Assembly (NCBI RefSeq): GCF_041911175.1
Contig: NZ_JAYRPN010000071.1
Span: 5,854-69,853, forward strand
Direction: 5' to 3'
Origin: Tabrizicola sp.
GTDB lineage: Bacteria > Pseudomonadota > Alphaproteobacteria > Rhodobacterales > Rhodobacteraceae
Length of the DNA stretch: 64,000 bases
Under the pieces are notes generated by a model, which saw only the letters and a program-made list of their open reading frames with translations, was not told the DNA's origin and made no database searches. A program made the translations under genes and the position numbers. Positions within the stretch are counted from its first letter, which is position 1, and every line of letters starts with the position of its first letter. This document shows, piece by piece, positions 10,601 to 19,646 of the stretch.

Positions 10601-11465
10601 CGACCTGATCCACGTCACCTTTACCAAGCCCGGCGATGAATCTGTCGCGGGCGATGCCGTCGCGAACGATATCCTTGGCAACGAGTCGGTCGACGGTGGC
10701 AGTGGCCCCGGAACGACCGCGGACAACGACACGCTGACGGTCGACATCACGGGCATGGGTTGGACCCGGATGGACCTGGTCTATACCTCGGCCAACCATG
10801 AAAACGGGATCATCACCTTCTTCAACGGGGCCGGTGTCCAGGTTGGCACGCTGACCTTCACCGATATCGAGAACCTGGTGATCGTCTGCTTTACCGCAGG
10901 CACGCAGATCATGACCGAGCGTGGCGGGGTTGCGGTCGAGACGCTGGTGCCGGGTGACCTGGTTGTCACGCGCGACAACGGGTTGCAGCCGCTGCGCTGG
11001 GTCGGCTCGCGGCACTTGTCCCGGGCGGAATTGCAGGCGCGGCCCGCGTTGCAGCCGGTGCGCATTTCCGCCGGGGCGCTTCCTGAAGGGCCGGATCGGT
11101 CGATGCTCGTCTCGCCACAGCACCGCGTCCTGATCGAAGGTATGCGGGCCGAGATGTACTTTGGCGAAAGCGAAGTGCTGGTTCCGGCCAAGCACCTGAC
11201 CGGGCTGGCGGAAATCACCCGCGCCTTGCCAGCCGAAGGGGTGACCTACGTCCATATCCTGTTCGACCGGCATGAGATCGTGCAATCCGACGGGATCTGG
11301 ACCGAAAGCTTCCAGCCGGCCGAGCGGACGCTGAACGCGCTGGACGAGGCTGCGCGGATCGAGGTGCTGGAGCTGTTCCCGGAACTGGCCGCCGATGCCA
11401 CCGGGTTCCCGGCTGCGCGGCTGTCGCTCAAGGCGCATGAGGCGAAGGTGCTGGTATCAGGCTGA
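7671..11465 (+). CDS. RTX Ca-binding repeat protein with a central lectin-like domain and a C-terminal Hint domain (1264 aa)
   Basis: Dozens of GGxGxDxLx nonapeptides; CFTAGTQIMT Hint start near 10887; SPQHRVL; YVHILFDRHEIV.SDGIWTESF. Confidence 0.93.
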   Translation: MATVVGTTGNETLLGNDTVADSIWGNSGTDIIYGGTAAGTGGGNDLLDGGAGADVIYGGDGNDTLIGGNDTLNDTLFGGAGTDTADYSRYLTALSSGSSTFATNSTAVNVNLATGIATGLGTDSLSGIENVIGGSGADTITGDTLANRLDGGAGADLIDGGAGADSLFGGTGNDTLIGGAGSDSLDGGADFDIASYATSTANMTITLGGTATGDGSTDTLTSIEGVIGGSGNDTITGDSSANRLEGGDGNDIIDGAGGSDTLYGDAGDDTVYGGTTNAADFIYGGNGNDLLFGYGGADSVYGDAGNDTLFGGSGGDRLDGGADFDFVNYSDVSSDMTINLTSGSVSGDGADTLVSIEGVIGGTGDDTITGDGVANVLDGGAGADSLSGAAGNDTLYGAAGNDTIYGGADADLVYGGDDQDRLYGNDGLDTLYGGLANDTLDGGAGDDTLVGGAGADSLIGGTGTDTADYSASGSAVNVNMSDTLAESGGDAAGDTLSGIENLTGSNLNDTLTGDNGGNVIDGGANSDLVHGGAGNDTLIGGAGNDTIDGGVDSDTIFGGSGDDLLYGGTAAPVGTTYIINGNFDSGSSNWSGTDIEVNPESSYLSPGTAGNVAEIDGNSGQITVMKQSFVIDGALTAQLTFKGIVRTAGTVNTDGYRVDVLDASGAVIATMNVLPGSKTVWADYTLGINFPAAGTYTLQFTELGNNDSTGALVDDIQITSTAVLQNDLGDALYGEAGNDTLYGEAGADIVSGGDNADLAYGGTEADTIYGDAGNDTLYGDAGDDRLFGGDNSDLAYGGVGLDTLYGDAGSDTLYGGDNADLAYGGTEADAIYGDAGNDTLYGDAGDDTLYGGAGNDSLEAGVGNDVTYGDDGDDTIRYGSGDDTVYGGAGNDNIDDESGTTHAGANLLYGGAGNDTIWAGENDDTLHGDAGNDTLYGENGNDRFYGGANDDLLIGGTGNDTLYGGAGLDDIYAGDDRDLIHVTFTKPGDESVAGDAVANDILGNESVDGGSGPGTTADNDTLTVDITGMGWTRMDLVYTSANHENGIITFFNGAGVQVGTLTFTDIENLVIVCFTAGTQIMTERGGVAVETLVPGDLVVTRDNGLQPLRWVGSRHLSRAELQARPALQPVRISAGALPEGPDRSMLVSPQHRVLIEGMRAEMYFGESEVLVPAKHLTGLAEITRALPAEGVTYVHILFDRHEIVQSDGIWTESFQPAERTLNALDEAARIEVLELFPELAADATGFPAARLSLKAHEAKVLVSG
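9927..10203 (+). repeat. Intragenic near-identical duplication with a 189-bp period (7 RTX nonapeptides)
   Basis: ggcgacaatgcggacctcgcctatggcgg..accgaggccgac..gatctacggcgacgccgggaacgatacgctctacggcgatgc occurs at 9927 and 10116. Confidence 0.85.
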
Positions 11466-12077
11466 TGGGCCGGGGCGGCCGAGGTAGGCCGCCCAATCCT
11501 CGGGGGTGTCGAGATCAAGCACCGCCATCCGGCCGGGAAGGGGCACGGTCCTGACCCGGTCGGCGTGGCGCTTCAGGACGGACCGCCCGCCTTCGTCACC
11601 CGTCACCGCCTGAAGATCGGCCCAGAGGTCACGCGGAAAGAGGGCCGGATGGCCCGGCGTGCCGTCGGTGGTGCCTCCGCGCCAGATCAGTTCGGGCTCG
11701 GCGCGAAAACGCGAAATCAGGTCGGCCAGCGCCTTGGCGGAAAATCCCGGCATGTCGGCGGGCAGGATCATCACCCCGTCTTCGGGCCCGGGGTCAGCGG
11801 CTGCAACCGTGGCGACGCCCCGCACGATGGACCGCGACATGCCCAACGCGGCATCCGGGACGGCCACGATGGTCACTGGGCTGTCGGCCAGAACCTTGTG
11901 CCGAGCCTCGGCGGCAGGGGGAAGCGTGACATAAACCTTCGCCCCGGTTGCCAGGGCGAGGTCGCTGACCAGGCGCAGGATCGGCTTGCCCTTGACCGGC
12001 TGCAGCAGCTTGTCACGCCCCCGCATCCGCGACGACGCGCCCGCAGCTAGGACAAGGATGTGCACATCCGGACGCAT
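11457..12077 (-). CDS. Nucleotidyltransferase family protein (MocA/MobA-like)
   Basis: ILVLAAGASSRMRGRDKLL, ADMP, GHPALF, GDEGGR, DLDTPED. Confidence 0.88.
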   Translation of the reverse strand: MRPDVHILVLAAGASSRMRGRDKLLQPVKGKPILRLVSDLALATGAKVYVTLPPAAEARHKVLADSPVTIVAVPDAALGMSRSIVRGVATVAAADPGPEDGVMILPADMPGFSAKALADLISRFRAEPELIWRGGTTDGTPGHPALFPRDLWADLQAVTGDEGGRSVLKRHADRVRTVPLPGRMAVLDLDTPEDWAAYLGRPGPSA

Positions 12078-12123
12078 GCGGAAATGGTCCGCCCGCTGGG
12101 CTATCCTGTCAAGCGGTCCGTTG

Positions 12124-14544
12124 TCAGGTCCGCATCCGCCCGCCATCGTCCCAGAGCGGTGCCAGATGCACCCGCGCCGGGCGGCGTTCGCCGAGGATCT
12201 CGACCTCCAGTGCAAGGCCGTCCTGCACCCGGTCGGCGGGAATGAAGCCCTGCGCCACCGATTTGCCGGTCCAGTGGCTGTAGCCGCCGGAGGTGCACCA
12301 GCCGACGACCGCGCCGTCCAGCCAGATCGGCTCCCAGGCCACGACATCGGCGTCGGTGGCGTCGACGATGATCGATACCAGCTTGCGCTTCGGACCCTCG
12401 GCCTTTTCCTTCAGCGCGGCGGTTTTGCCGATCCAGTCGGCGGGCTTGTTCCAGGCGATGAAACGGTCAAGGCCGGTCTCGGCCGGGGTATAGTCGGGGC
12501 TGAACTCGCGACCCCAGGACCCGAACCATTTGTCCAGCCGCAGCGACATCATCGCCCGCATCCCGAAGGGGCGCAGGCCAAGGTCCTTGCCCGCAGCGGA
12601 CAGCACGTCCCACAGATGCCGCACCGACATTTGGTCGGTGAAGATCTCGTAGCCGAGGTCGGCGGTGTAGCTCACGCGCTGGACGATGCAGTTCGCCATG
12701 CCCACGGTCATGCGGCGAACGTCCATGAACTTGAACGCCTGAGCCGAGACATCCGACCGGGTGACACGCGCCAGAAGTTCGTGCGCTTTCGGCCCGGCGA
12801 TCTGGAAGCCGGAGCGGGAGTCTGAGACATTCTCGATGGTTACGCCGGGTTCTGCATGTTGCTCGAACCAGCGCTGGTGCCAGCCCTGCGCGCCGTAGCT
12901 GGCGGTCAACTGGAATTCGGTCTCGCTGAGGCAAGAGACGGTAAAATCGCCGATGATCTTGCCGCTTTCGGCCAGCATCGGGGTCAGCGACAGCCGCCCC
13001 GGTTGCGGGATGCGGCCCGCCATGATCCGGTCCAGCCAGGCGCGGGCGCCCGGTCCCTTGACCAGGTACTTGCCGAAGTTCTGCACCTCGTTGATGCCGA
13101 CGCCTTCGCGCACCGCCATCACCTCTTGCCGCGTGGCCTCCCAGGAATTCGAACGCTTGAAGGTCGGCGTTTCATAGCGCGGCTCGCCCGGCAAGGCGTG
13201 ATAGTTCACCACTTCCAGCCCGTATTGCTGGCCCCAGACCGCGTTCATCTGGTCGAAGACCTGATACATCGGCGTGGTGCGGAAGGGGCGGGCGGCGGGG
13301 CGCTCCTCGTTCGGATAGGACACGCTGAAGCGCATCTGGTAGTTCTCGATCACCTTCGGCACCGTGTAGCCGGGCGAGGTCCAGGTCCCGAAGCGCGCCA
13401 CGTCGAAGCCGCGCGGGTCACGCTCGACCTCGCCGTGGATCATCCATTGCGCGAGGCTAAGCCCCATGCCGCCGCCCTGGGAGAAGCCCGCCATCACCGC
13501 GCAGGCCGACCAGTAGTTTTTCAGCCCCGGCACCGGCCCGATCAGCGGGTTGCCGTCCGGCGCGAAGGTGAAGGGCCCGTGGATCACCCGCTTGACACCG
13601 GACCGTTCCAGCACCGGGAAGCGGCGATAGGCGAAGTTGACCGAGTCCTCGATCTTGTCGAACTGTTCGTTCAACAGCTCGTGCCCGAAGTCCCAGGGCG
13701 TGCCGTCGACCGACCAGGGCTCGCAGGGCTTCTCATAGAAACCGATACAGAGGCCGCGGCCCTCCTGCCGCAGATAGCTTTCGCCGCCGGGGTCCATCAC
13801 ATGCGGGAATTCGCGGCCGGATTTCAGGATATCCATGATCTCCGGGATGTCATCGGTCACCAGATACTGGTGCGCCATCGGCAGAAGCGGCAGGTAAACC
13901 CCCGCCATCGCCCCGATCTCGCGCGCCCAGAGGCCACCGGCGTTGACCAGATGCTCGCAGTGGACGGTGCCCTTTTCGGTCACGACTTCCCAGCCGTCCT
14001 TGGTCGGGTTCGTCTCCAGCACCCGGTTGTGCAGCACGATCTCGGCGCCGCCCATCCGCGCGGCCTTGGCATAGGCATGGGTGGTGCCCGAAGGGTCGAG
14101 GTGGCCGTCGAGTGGATCGTAGAGGCCCCCCAGGATACCGTCGACGTTCACCAGCCCGTCGGTCAGCTTGCTGATCTCGGCAGGCGACAGGATTTCGGTA
14201 TCCAGCCCCATGTAGCGATGCTTGGCGCGTTCCGCCTTCAGCATCTCGAAGCGCGCCTCGTTGTCGGCCAAAGTCACCCCGCCGACATGGTGGAGGCCAC
14301 AGGACATGCCGGTGATCGCCTCCAGCTCCTTGTAGAGCCGGATGGTATAGCCTTGCAGGGCGGCCATGTTGGTGTCGCCGTTGATGGTGTGGAACCCGCC
14401 CGCCGCGTGCCAGGTGGAACCTGAAGTCAGGTCCGACCGCTCGATCAGCATGACGTCGGACCAGCCAAGCTTGGTCAGGTGATAGAGCACCGAGCAGCCG
14501 ACGACGCCGCCGCCGATCACCACCACGCGCGCATGGGTCTTCAT
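12124..14544 (-). CDS. GcvT-family FAD-dependent oxidoreductase (dimethylglycine dehydrogenase-like)
   Basis: VVIGGGVVG FAD motif, SGSTWHAAG, HQYLVT, FTFAPDGNP, C-terminal aminomethyltransferase folate-binding domain. Confidence 0.92.
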   Translation of the reverse strand: MKTHARVVVIGGGVVGCSVLYHLTKLGWSDVMLIERSDLTSGSTWHAAGGFHTINGDTNMAALQGYTIRLYKELEAITGMSCGLHHVGGVTLADNEARFEMLKAERAKHRYMGLDTEILSPAEISKLTDGLVNVDGILGGLYDPLDGHLDPSGTTHAYAKAARMGGAEIVLHNRVLETNPTKDGWEVVTEKGTVHCEHLVNAGGLWAREIGAMAGVYLPLLPMAHQYLVTDDIPEIMDILKSGREFPHVMDPGGESYLRQEGRGLCIGFYEKPCEPWSVDGTPWDFGHELLNEQFDKIEDSVNFAYRRFPVLERSGVKRVIHGPFTFAPDGNPLIGPVPGLKNYWSACAVMAGFSQGGGMGLSLAQWMIHGEVERDPRGFDVARFGTWTSPGYTVPKVIENYQMRFSVSYPNEERPAARPFRTTPMYQVFDQMNAVWGQQYGLEVVNYHALPGEPRYETPTFKRSNSWEATRQEVMAVREGVGINEVQNFGKYLVKGPGARAWLDRIMAGRIPQPGRLSLTPMLAESGKIIGDFTVSCLSETEFQLTASYGAQGWHQRWFEQHAEPGVTIENVSDSRSGFQIAGPKAHELLARVTRSDVSAQAFKFMDVRRMTVGMANCIVQRVSYTADLGYEIFTDQMSVRHLWDVLSAAGKDLGLRPFGMRAMMSLRLDKWFGSWGREFSPDYTPAETGLDRFIAWNKPADWIGKTAALKEKAEGPKRKLVSIIVDATDADVVAWEPIWLDGAVVGWCTSGGYSHWTGKSVAQGFIPADRVQDGLALEVEILGERRPARVHLAPLWDDGGRMRT

Positions 14545-14614
14545 TGCAAGTCTCCCCGCCATATCCGGTTTTCACGCAACATGACGGGGCGGGGCCGGGA
14601 AGGCATGAGGATTT

Positions 14615-14631
14615 GCGACAAAGAATGTCGC
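14615..14631. promoter_or_regulatory. Inverted repeat GCGACA-N5-TGTCGC upstream of the dehydrogenase; candidate GlxA/AraC operator
   Basis: Perfect 6-bp inverted repeat; related GCGAC/TGTCG motifs at 22293, 22449, 23540 and 53922. Confidence 0.4.
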
Positions 14632-14663
14632 GGCCAGACAGTGATGCCGGGCCGCGAAGGGGG

Positions 14664-15968
14664 CTACTTCTCGGGGATCAGACCCTTTGGCGCAAAACGC
14701 ATGACGACCAGCAGCACGACGCCCAGGGTCAGAAGGCGCATATGGGCGGCGGTGTCCTGGAGATGGTTCTTCAGGTCGCCTGCGGGCAGGAAGCTGGTGA
14801 TGTGTTCCATCATCTGCGGCCCCAGGAATTCGACCGCGAGGTAAAGCCAGCCGATCAGCAGCCCACCCAGGATCGAGCCCCAGTTGTTGCCCGATCCGCC
14901 AACGATCACCATCACCCAGATCAGGAAAGTAAACCGCAGCGGCAGGTAGGAGGGCGGGGTCAGCTGGCCCTCCATCGAGGTCATCATCGCGCCAGCCAGG
15001 CCAACCACCGCCGAGCCGATGATGAAGATCTGCAGGTGGCGGAACTTCACGTCCTTGCCCATCGCCGCCGAGGAGATCTCGTTGTCGCGAATGGCGCGGA
15101 CCATGCGGCCCCAGGGGCTGTTCAGCGCCCGTTCGCAGCCCCAGACCAGGATCATCAGCACCAGGCCGAACATGGCGGCGTACAGCAGTTTGACGAAGAT
15201 GGTCGAGGCGGTGACGGGGTCGAGACCCATTGCCTGTACCGGTTCCAGGAAGGCCGGGTTCAGCTGCAGGGCGACTTCCTGCGGCACCGGCCAGGGGCGG
15301 GGCAGGCCGGTCAGGTTCTTCACCCCGCGCGCCAGCCAGTCCTCGTTGCGCATCACCGTGACGATGATCTCGGCGATGCCGAGGGTGGCGATGGCCAGGT
15401 AATCCTCGCGCAGGCCAAGGGCGATCTTGCCGATGATCCAGGCGGCAGCCGCCGCCATCAGCGCGCCGACCGGCCAGGCGATCAGCGAATTCAGCCCGAG
15501 CCCGCCGATGTTCCCGGCCTGGGCCGGGTTGTTCGCCTCGACCGCAATCACGCCGGGGTCGAGGATCGCGCGGTAGATGAAGAAGATCACCACCAGATAC
15601 AGCGCCAACGCCAGCGCCCGCCTGGTGCCGGGTTTCAGCAGACGGTAAAGCCAGACCGCCAGCCCGATCGCCACGGCGGCAAAGAGAAGCGCTCCAAGGA
15701 TGCGGGGACCGCCTGCGGCCCAGCCCTCGGGCACGGGTTTCGCGGATATCAGCGCGACCGCCAGCCCGCCAAGCGCGACCGAACCGACGATCCCGGTGGA
15801 GAAGAGGCCGGCATAGCCCCACTGGATATTCACCCCGATCGCCATGATGCAGGACAGAAGCGCGAGGTTCAGGATGTTCAGCGACAGGTTCCAGCTTTGC
15901 AGCACCCCGGTCAGGAGGAACAGCAGCGCCACGCCCGCGAAGAGAAGCAGGTTGCGATAGGGTCCCAT
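14664..15968 (-). CDS. Branched-chain amino acid-type ABC transporter permease (LivM-like)
   Basis: GVNIQWGYAGLFSTG, LREDYLAIATLG, SPWGRMVRAIRDNE, IVGGSGN. Confidence 0.92.
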   Translation of the reverse strand: MGPYRNLLLFAGVALLFLLTGVLQSWNLSLNILNLALLSCIMAIGVNIQWGYAGLFSTGIVGSVALGGLAVALISAKPVPEGWAAGGPRILGALLFAAVAIGLAVWLYRLLKPGTRRALALALYLVVIFFIYRAILDPGVIAVEANNPAQAGNIGGLGLNSLIAWPVGALMAAAAAWIIGKIALGLREDYLAIATLGIAEIIVTVMRNEDWLARGVKNLTGLPRPWPVPQEVALQLNPAFLEPVQAMGLDPVTASTIFVKLLYAAMFGLVLMILVWGCERALNSPWGRMVRAIRDNEISSAAMGKDVKFRHLQIFIIGSAVVGLAGAMMTSMEGQLTPPSYLPLRFTFLIWVMVIVGGSGNNWGSILGGLLIGWLYLAVEFLGPQMMEHITSFLPAGDLKNHLQDTAAHMRLLTLGVVLLVVMRFAPKGLIPEK

Positions 15969-15969
15969 G

Positions 15970-16974
15970 TCACTTGCCTCCGAAGATGCCCTGCGGGCGG
16001 AACAATAGGACCATGATCAGGATGGTGAAGCTGACCGCCACCTTGTAGTCGGTCGACAGCGCCTGGTAGAGTCCGTCGCCCAGCCAGTCCGCCGGGACCA
16101 GGTAGCCCAGCACCTTCTTCCAGGCGCTGGTGATGACCAGTTCCGAGAAGGCGACGATGAAGCTGCCGATCACCGCGCCCAGGGGCGAGCCGAGGCCCCC
16201 CACCACGGCGGCGGCGAACATCGGCATCAGGAGGCTGAAGTAGACGATCCCGCGATAGGATTTGTCGAGTCCGTAGAGCGTCCCCGCGATGCAGGCCAGC
16301 GCGCCCGCGATGATCCAGGTGATCGTGACCACACGTTCCGGGTTGATGCCGGACAAGAGTGCGAGGTCCTCGTTGTCGGAATAGGCCCGCATCGACTTGC
16401 CGGTCCGGGTCTTCTGCAGGAACCAGAAGAGAAGCGCGCAGCAAAGCAGCGCCGCGATGACGGAAATCGCCTGCGTGGTCTTGATCGCCAGCGGCTCGAC
16501 CAACCCCGTCCAGGCCTTGAAATCCTGCGGGTTGAGCATCATCCGCGCGCCATCGGAGAAGTTCTGTTCCGACGTGCCGATGATCATGCGAACAAGGCCG
16601 TTCATCACGAACATCACCCCGGTCGAGACGATGACCACGATGATCGGCTTCGCCCTTTGCTTGCGGTAGAAGCGATAGACCGCCCGGTCGGTCGCCAGGA
16701 CCATCGCGATGGTGACGAGGATCCCGAAGGGCAGGGCGAGGAGCGCGGTGGGCAGCGGGCCCGCCGTGATCCCCATCGACTGGAACCACCAGGTGAAGAG
16801 GATCACGAAAGCCGTCCCGAAGGCCATCGTGTCGCCATGCGCGAAGTTGGAAAAGCGCAGCACGCTGAAGATCAGCGTGATGCCAAGCGCCCCCAGCGCC
16901 AGCTGGCTGCCATAGGCAAGGCCCGGCACGACGATGAAGTTCAGGAAGGCGACAAGGGCGTTGAGAATGTCCAT
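15970..16974 (-). CDS. Branched-chain amino acid-type ABC transporter permease (LivH-like)
   Basis: ALGALGITLIF...NFAHGD, TRTGKSMRA..DN..LA.LSGI, AAVVGGLGS, RPQGIFG. Confidence 0.92.
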   Translation of the reverse strand: MDILNALVAFLNFIVVPGLAYGSQLALGALGITLIFSVLRFSNFAHGDTMAFGTAFVILFTWWFQSMGITAGPLPTALLALPFGILVTIAMVLATDRAVYRFYRKQRAKPIIVVIVSTGVMFVMNGLVRMIIGTSEQNFSDGARMMLNPQDFKAWTGLVEPLAIKTTQAISVIAALLCCALLFWFLQKTRTGKSMRAYSDNEDLALLSGINPERVVTITWIIAGALACIAGTLYGLDKSYRGIVYFSLLMPMFAAAVVGGLGSPLGAVIGSFIVAFSELVITSAWKKVLGYLVPADWLGDGLYQALSTDYKVAVSFTILIMVLLFRPQGIFGGK

Positions 16975-17007
16975 CGGGTCACGGGTCCAAGGTGTCGGGG
17001 GGCAGGC

Positions 17008-17367
17008 TCAGCCGCCGGTGGCGACGCAGGCACCCTCGCCGCTGATGGCGACCGGGCCTGCGGCATGGGCGGTGAAGAGGAACTTGCCGTCCTGGAAGAT
17101 GCTGACCATGCCCGACATCCCCGCTTGCGGCGGCATGACCAGCACCAGCTCGCCCGTGTCGTCGATGTGGCCTGCGTCGAAAGCCTGCCAGGTCTGCCCG
17201 CCCGAGGCCACCGACCAGGTGTCGCCGGTCTGTTCGATCACGAAGGGACCGCCTGCATAGGCCTCGCAGGCGCCGCCGCCGCACTGGCGGTCGACCTTGC
17301 ATTCAAAACCGGCAAGGGCCGGGGCGGGAAGAAGGGCCAGCAGGGCCAGGACAGTGCGTTTCATCAT
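17008..17367 (-). CDS. Small secreted hypothetical protein (three Cys pairs possible)
   Basis: Signal peptide MMKRTVLALLALLPAPALA; start overlaps the stop of the upstream ATPase gene. Confidence 0.7.
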   Translation of the reverse strand: MMKRTVLALLALLPAPALAGFECKVDRQCGGGACEAYAGGPFVIEQTGDTWSVASGGQTWQAFDAGHIDDTGELVLVMPPQAGMSGMVSIFQDGKFLFTAHAAGPVAISGEGACVATGG

Positions 17368-18080
17368 CAGCCTCCAAGGAAAGATTTGCGGACCTCCGGG
17401 TCGGCCAAAAGGGCCGCTCCGGTGTCGGTGTAGCGGTTGCGGCCCTGGACCAGCACGAAACCCTTGTCCGCGATCTCCAGCGCCTGCCGCGCGTTCTGTT
17501 CCACCATCAGGATGGAAATCCCGCTGCGGGCGATCTCGATGATGCGGTCGAACAGCTCGTCCATCACGATGGGGCTGACGCCTGCCGTGGGTTCGTCCAG
17601 CATCAGGACGCGCGGTTGCGTCATCAGCGCGCGACCGACCGCGACCTGCTGGCGCTGGCCACCCGAAAGCTCCCCCGCTTTCTGGAAGCGCTTCTGCTTC
17701 AGGATCGGGAAGAGGCCGTAGATCTGCTCCATCGTGTCGCGGATCCTGTCGTCCTCGCGGATGAAGGCGCCCATCTCCAGGTTTTCCTCCACCGTCATGC
17801 CGGTGAAGATGTTGTGGGTCTGCGGCACGAAGCCCATGCCCTTGCGCACGCGGGCCTGCGGGGACAGGCCGGTGATGTCCTCGCCATTCAGTTTCACGCT
17901 GCCCTGGCGCAGGTTCAGCATCCCGAAGACCGCCTTCATCGCGGTGGATTTCCCCGCGCCGTTCGGGCCGACGATGACCGCGATCTCGCCCGGCTCCACC
18001 GCCAGGGTGCAGGAATGCAGGATGTCGACCGCGCCGTAGCCGCCGGTCATGTTCTCGCCGATCAGGAAGGGTGCGCTCAT
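17367..18080 (-). CDS. ABC transporter ATP-binding protein (LivF-like)
   Basis: Walker A GPNGAGKS, LSGGQRQ, LMLDEPTAG. Confidence 0.93.
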   Translation of the reverse strand: MSAPFLIGENMTGGYGAVDILHSCTLAVEPGEIAVIVGPNGAGKSTAMKAVFGMLNLRQGSVKLNGEDITGLSPQARVRKGMGFVPQTHNIFTGMTVEENLEMGAFIREDDRIRDTMEQIYGLFPILKQKRFQKAGELSGGQRQQVAVGRALMTQPRVLMLDEPTAGVSPIVMDELFDRIIEIARSGISILMVEQNARQALEIADKGFVLVQGRNRYTDTGAALLADPEVRKSFLGG

Positions 18081-18147
18081 TCGGGTTGGTCCAGTTGCAG
18101 GGCGGCCAGCAGGCCGACATGGACTTGCTGATGGGGGACGATAGTCG

Positions 18148-18753
18148 TCATTCGGCAAGCTTCGTGTTGGTCAGGAGATCGGCCTGATACCCCGCGTGCT
18201 GCGGTGTGTATTCGTTGCCGATGGCATAGGTCATGATCTGCATGACCCGCTTCGGCTCGACGAAGACCGCGTTGGCGAAGACCACGTCGACCCCGTTGAG
18301 TGCGACCTTGTAGATCACGGTGTCGCCGGTCAGCCTCCCCAGCTTCGCCGGTTGCACGTCGACGACTTCGGCGGTGTTGCCAGTCGCCATCTTCGCATTG
18401 TCCAGTACGACCTGACGCATGAAGTCGGCGGTGATCCCGTCATCGCTGCCCAGGTCCTCGATCAGGTATTGCGCATAGTGGCGGGCGTCGATCCGGTAGG
18501 CGGCGTTGATCTCGGGGCTGGCTTCGGGCGAGGGCTTCCAGCCTAGCGAGCCGTTGCAGAACTGCACCCCGGGGGTGATGTCCGTGCAGCCCACCGTCGC
18601 GGCACTGCTGGTCACATCCGCGTATTTCCAGGTGCCGTCGTCGAAGAGCGTTACGGTCTTGCCGTCAACCACGGCTTTCCCGACCGCCGATTGGGCCAGC
18701 ACCGGGATCGGGGCAGCAAGGCACCCTGCCAGCAGAAGGATGGTCAGCCTCAC
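18148..18753 (-). CDS. Secreted hypothetical protein (DUF3157-like N-terminal motif)
   Basis: GTG start overlapping the upstream stop (GTGA); signal peptide; DGKTVTLFDDGTWKY motif. Confidence 0.7.
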   Translation of the reverse strand: MRLTILLLAGCLAAPIPVLAQSAVGKAVVDGKTVTLFDDGTWKYADVTSSAATVGCTDITPGVQFCNGSLGWKPSPEASPEINAAYRIDARHYAQYLIEDLGSDDGITADFMRQVVLDNAKMATGNTAEVVDVQPAKLGRLTGDTVIYKVALNGVDVVFANAVFVEPKRVMQIMTYAIGNEYTPQHAGYQADLLTNTKLAE

Positions 18754-19535
18754 GCCGCGCCCTCCTTCAGCTTGTTCTTCAATCCGCGACCGAGATAGGC
18801 CTCGATCACCCGTTCGTCGTTCTTGACCTGGTCGACCGAGCCTTCGGCCAGCACCTTGCCCTCGGCCATCACGATCACCGGGTCGCAGAGGCGGGCGATG
18901 AAATCCATGTCGTGCTCGATCACGCAGAAGGTATAGCCGCGTTCCTTGTTCAGCCGCACGATGGCATCGCCGATGGTGTTGAGAAGCGTCCGGTTCACCC
19001 CTGCGCCGACTTCGTCCAGGAAGACGATCTTGGCGTCCACCATCATCGTGCGGCCCAGTTCCACCAGCTTCTTCTGCCCGCCCGAGATCATCCCGGCCTT
19101 CTGGTCGGCGATATGGCTGATGGTCAGGAACTCCAGCACCTCGTCGGCCTTCGCCCGGATGCGCTCCTCTTCCTCGGCAACCGCCCCGCGCGAGAAAAGC
19201 GCGTTCCACAGCTTCTCGCCGGTCTGGCGCGGCGGGACCATCATCAGGTTCTCGCGAACGGTCATGCTGCTGAATTCATGGGCGATCTGGAAGGTGCGCA
19301 AGAGCCCCTTGTCGAACAGCTTGTGCGGCGGCAGGCCGGTGATGTCCTCGCCGTCCATGAAGACCTGGCCGCTCGTCGCGTCATAGCGCCCGGCGATCAC
19401 GTTGAAAAGCGTGGTCTTCCCCGCGCCGTTCGGGCCGATCAGCCCGGTGATCGAGCCGGTCCTGATCTCCAGCGACGCGCCGTCGACGGCGTGAAAACCG
19501 CCGAAATGCTTGTGCAGATTCTCGACCCTGATCAT
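18750..19535 (-). CDS. ABC transporter ATP-binding protein (LivG-like)
   Basis: GPNGAGKTT, ISGGQKK, FLDEVGAG, IEHDMDF, VIEAYLG. Confidence 0.93.
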   Translation of the reverse strand: MIRVENLHKHFGGFHAVDGASLEIRTGSITGLIGPNGAGKTTLFNVIAGRYDATSGQVFMDGEDITGLPPHKLFDKGLLRTFQIAHEFSSMTVRENLMMVPPRQTGEKLWNALFSRGAVAEEEERIRAKADEVLEFLTISHIADQKAGMISGGQKKLVELGRTMMVDAKIVFLDEVGAGVNRTLLNTIGDAIVRLNKERGYTFCVIEHDMDFIARLCDPVIVMAEGKVLAEGSVDQVKNDERVIEAYLGRGLKNKLKEGAA

Positions 19536-19604
19536 GTACTTCCCCCGGACGACCTGCCGCTTCCGCTTCCCCGCGTGCGTGGCCTTTTCTGGATCTTCTA
19601 GTCG

Positions 19605-19630
19605 TCGGCCCGAGGTTTCCCCCGGGCCGA
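19605..19630 (-). terminator. GC-rich hairpin after the second binding-protein gene (terminator or mRNA-stabilising stem)
   Basis: tcggcccgagg-tttc-ccccgggccga; no clear U tract. Confidence 0.45.
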
Positions 19631-19646
19631 TGTCGTCATTCCCGGA

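Noticed and set aside
6265-11465. Possible genomic island integrated at tRNA-Leu
   Set aside because: No integrase and no duplicated tRNA 3' end found in the window; Hint/RTX genes are common native genes of this family
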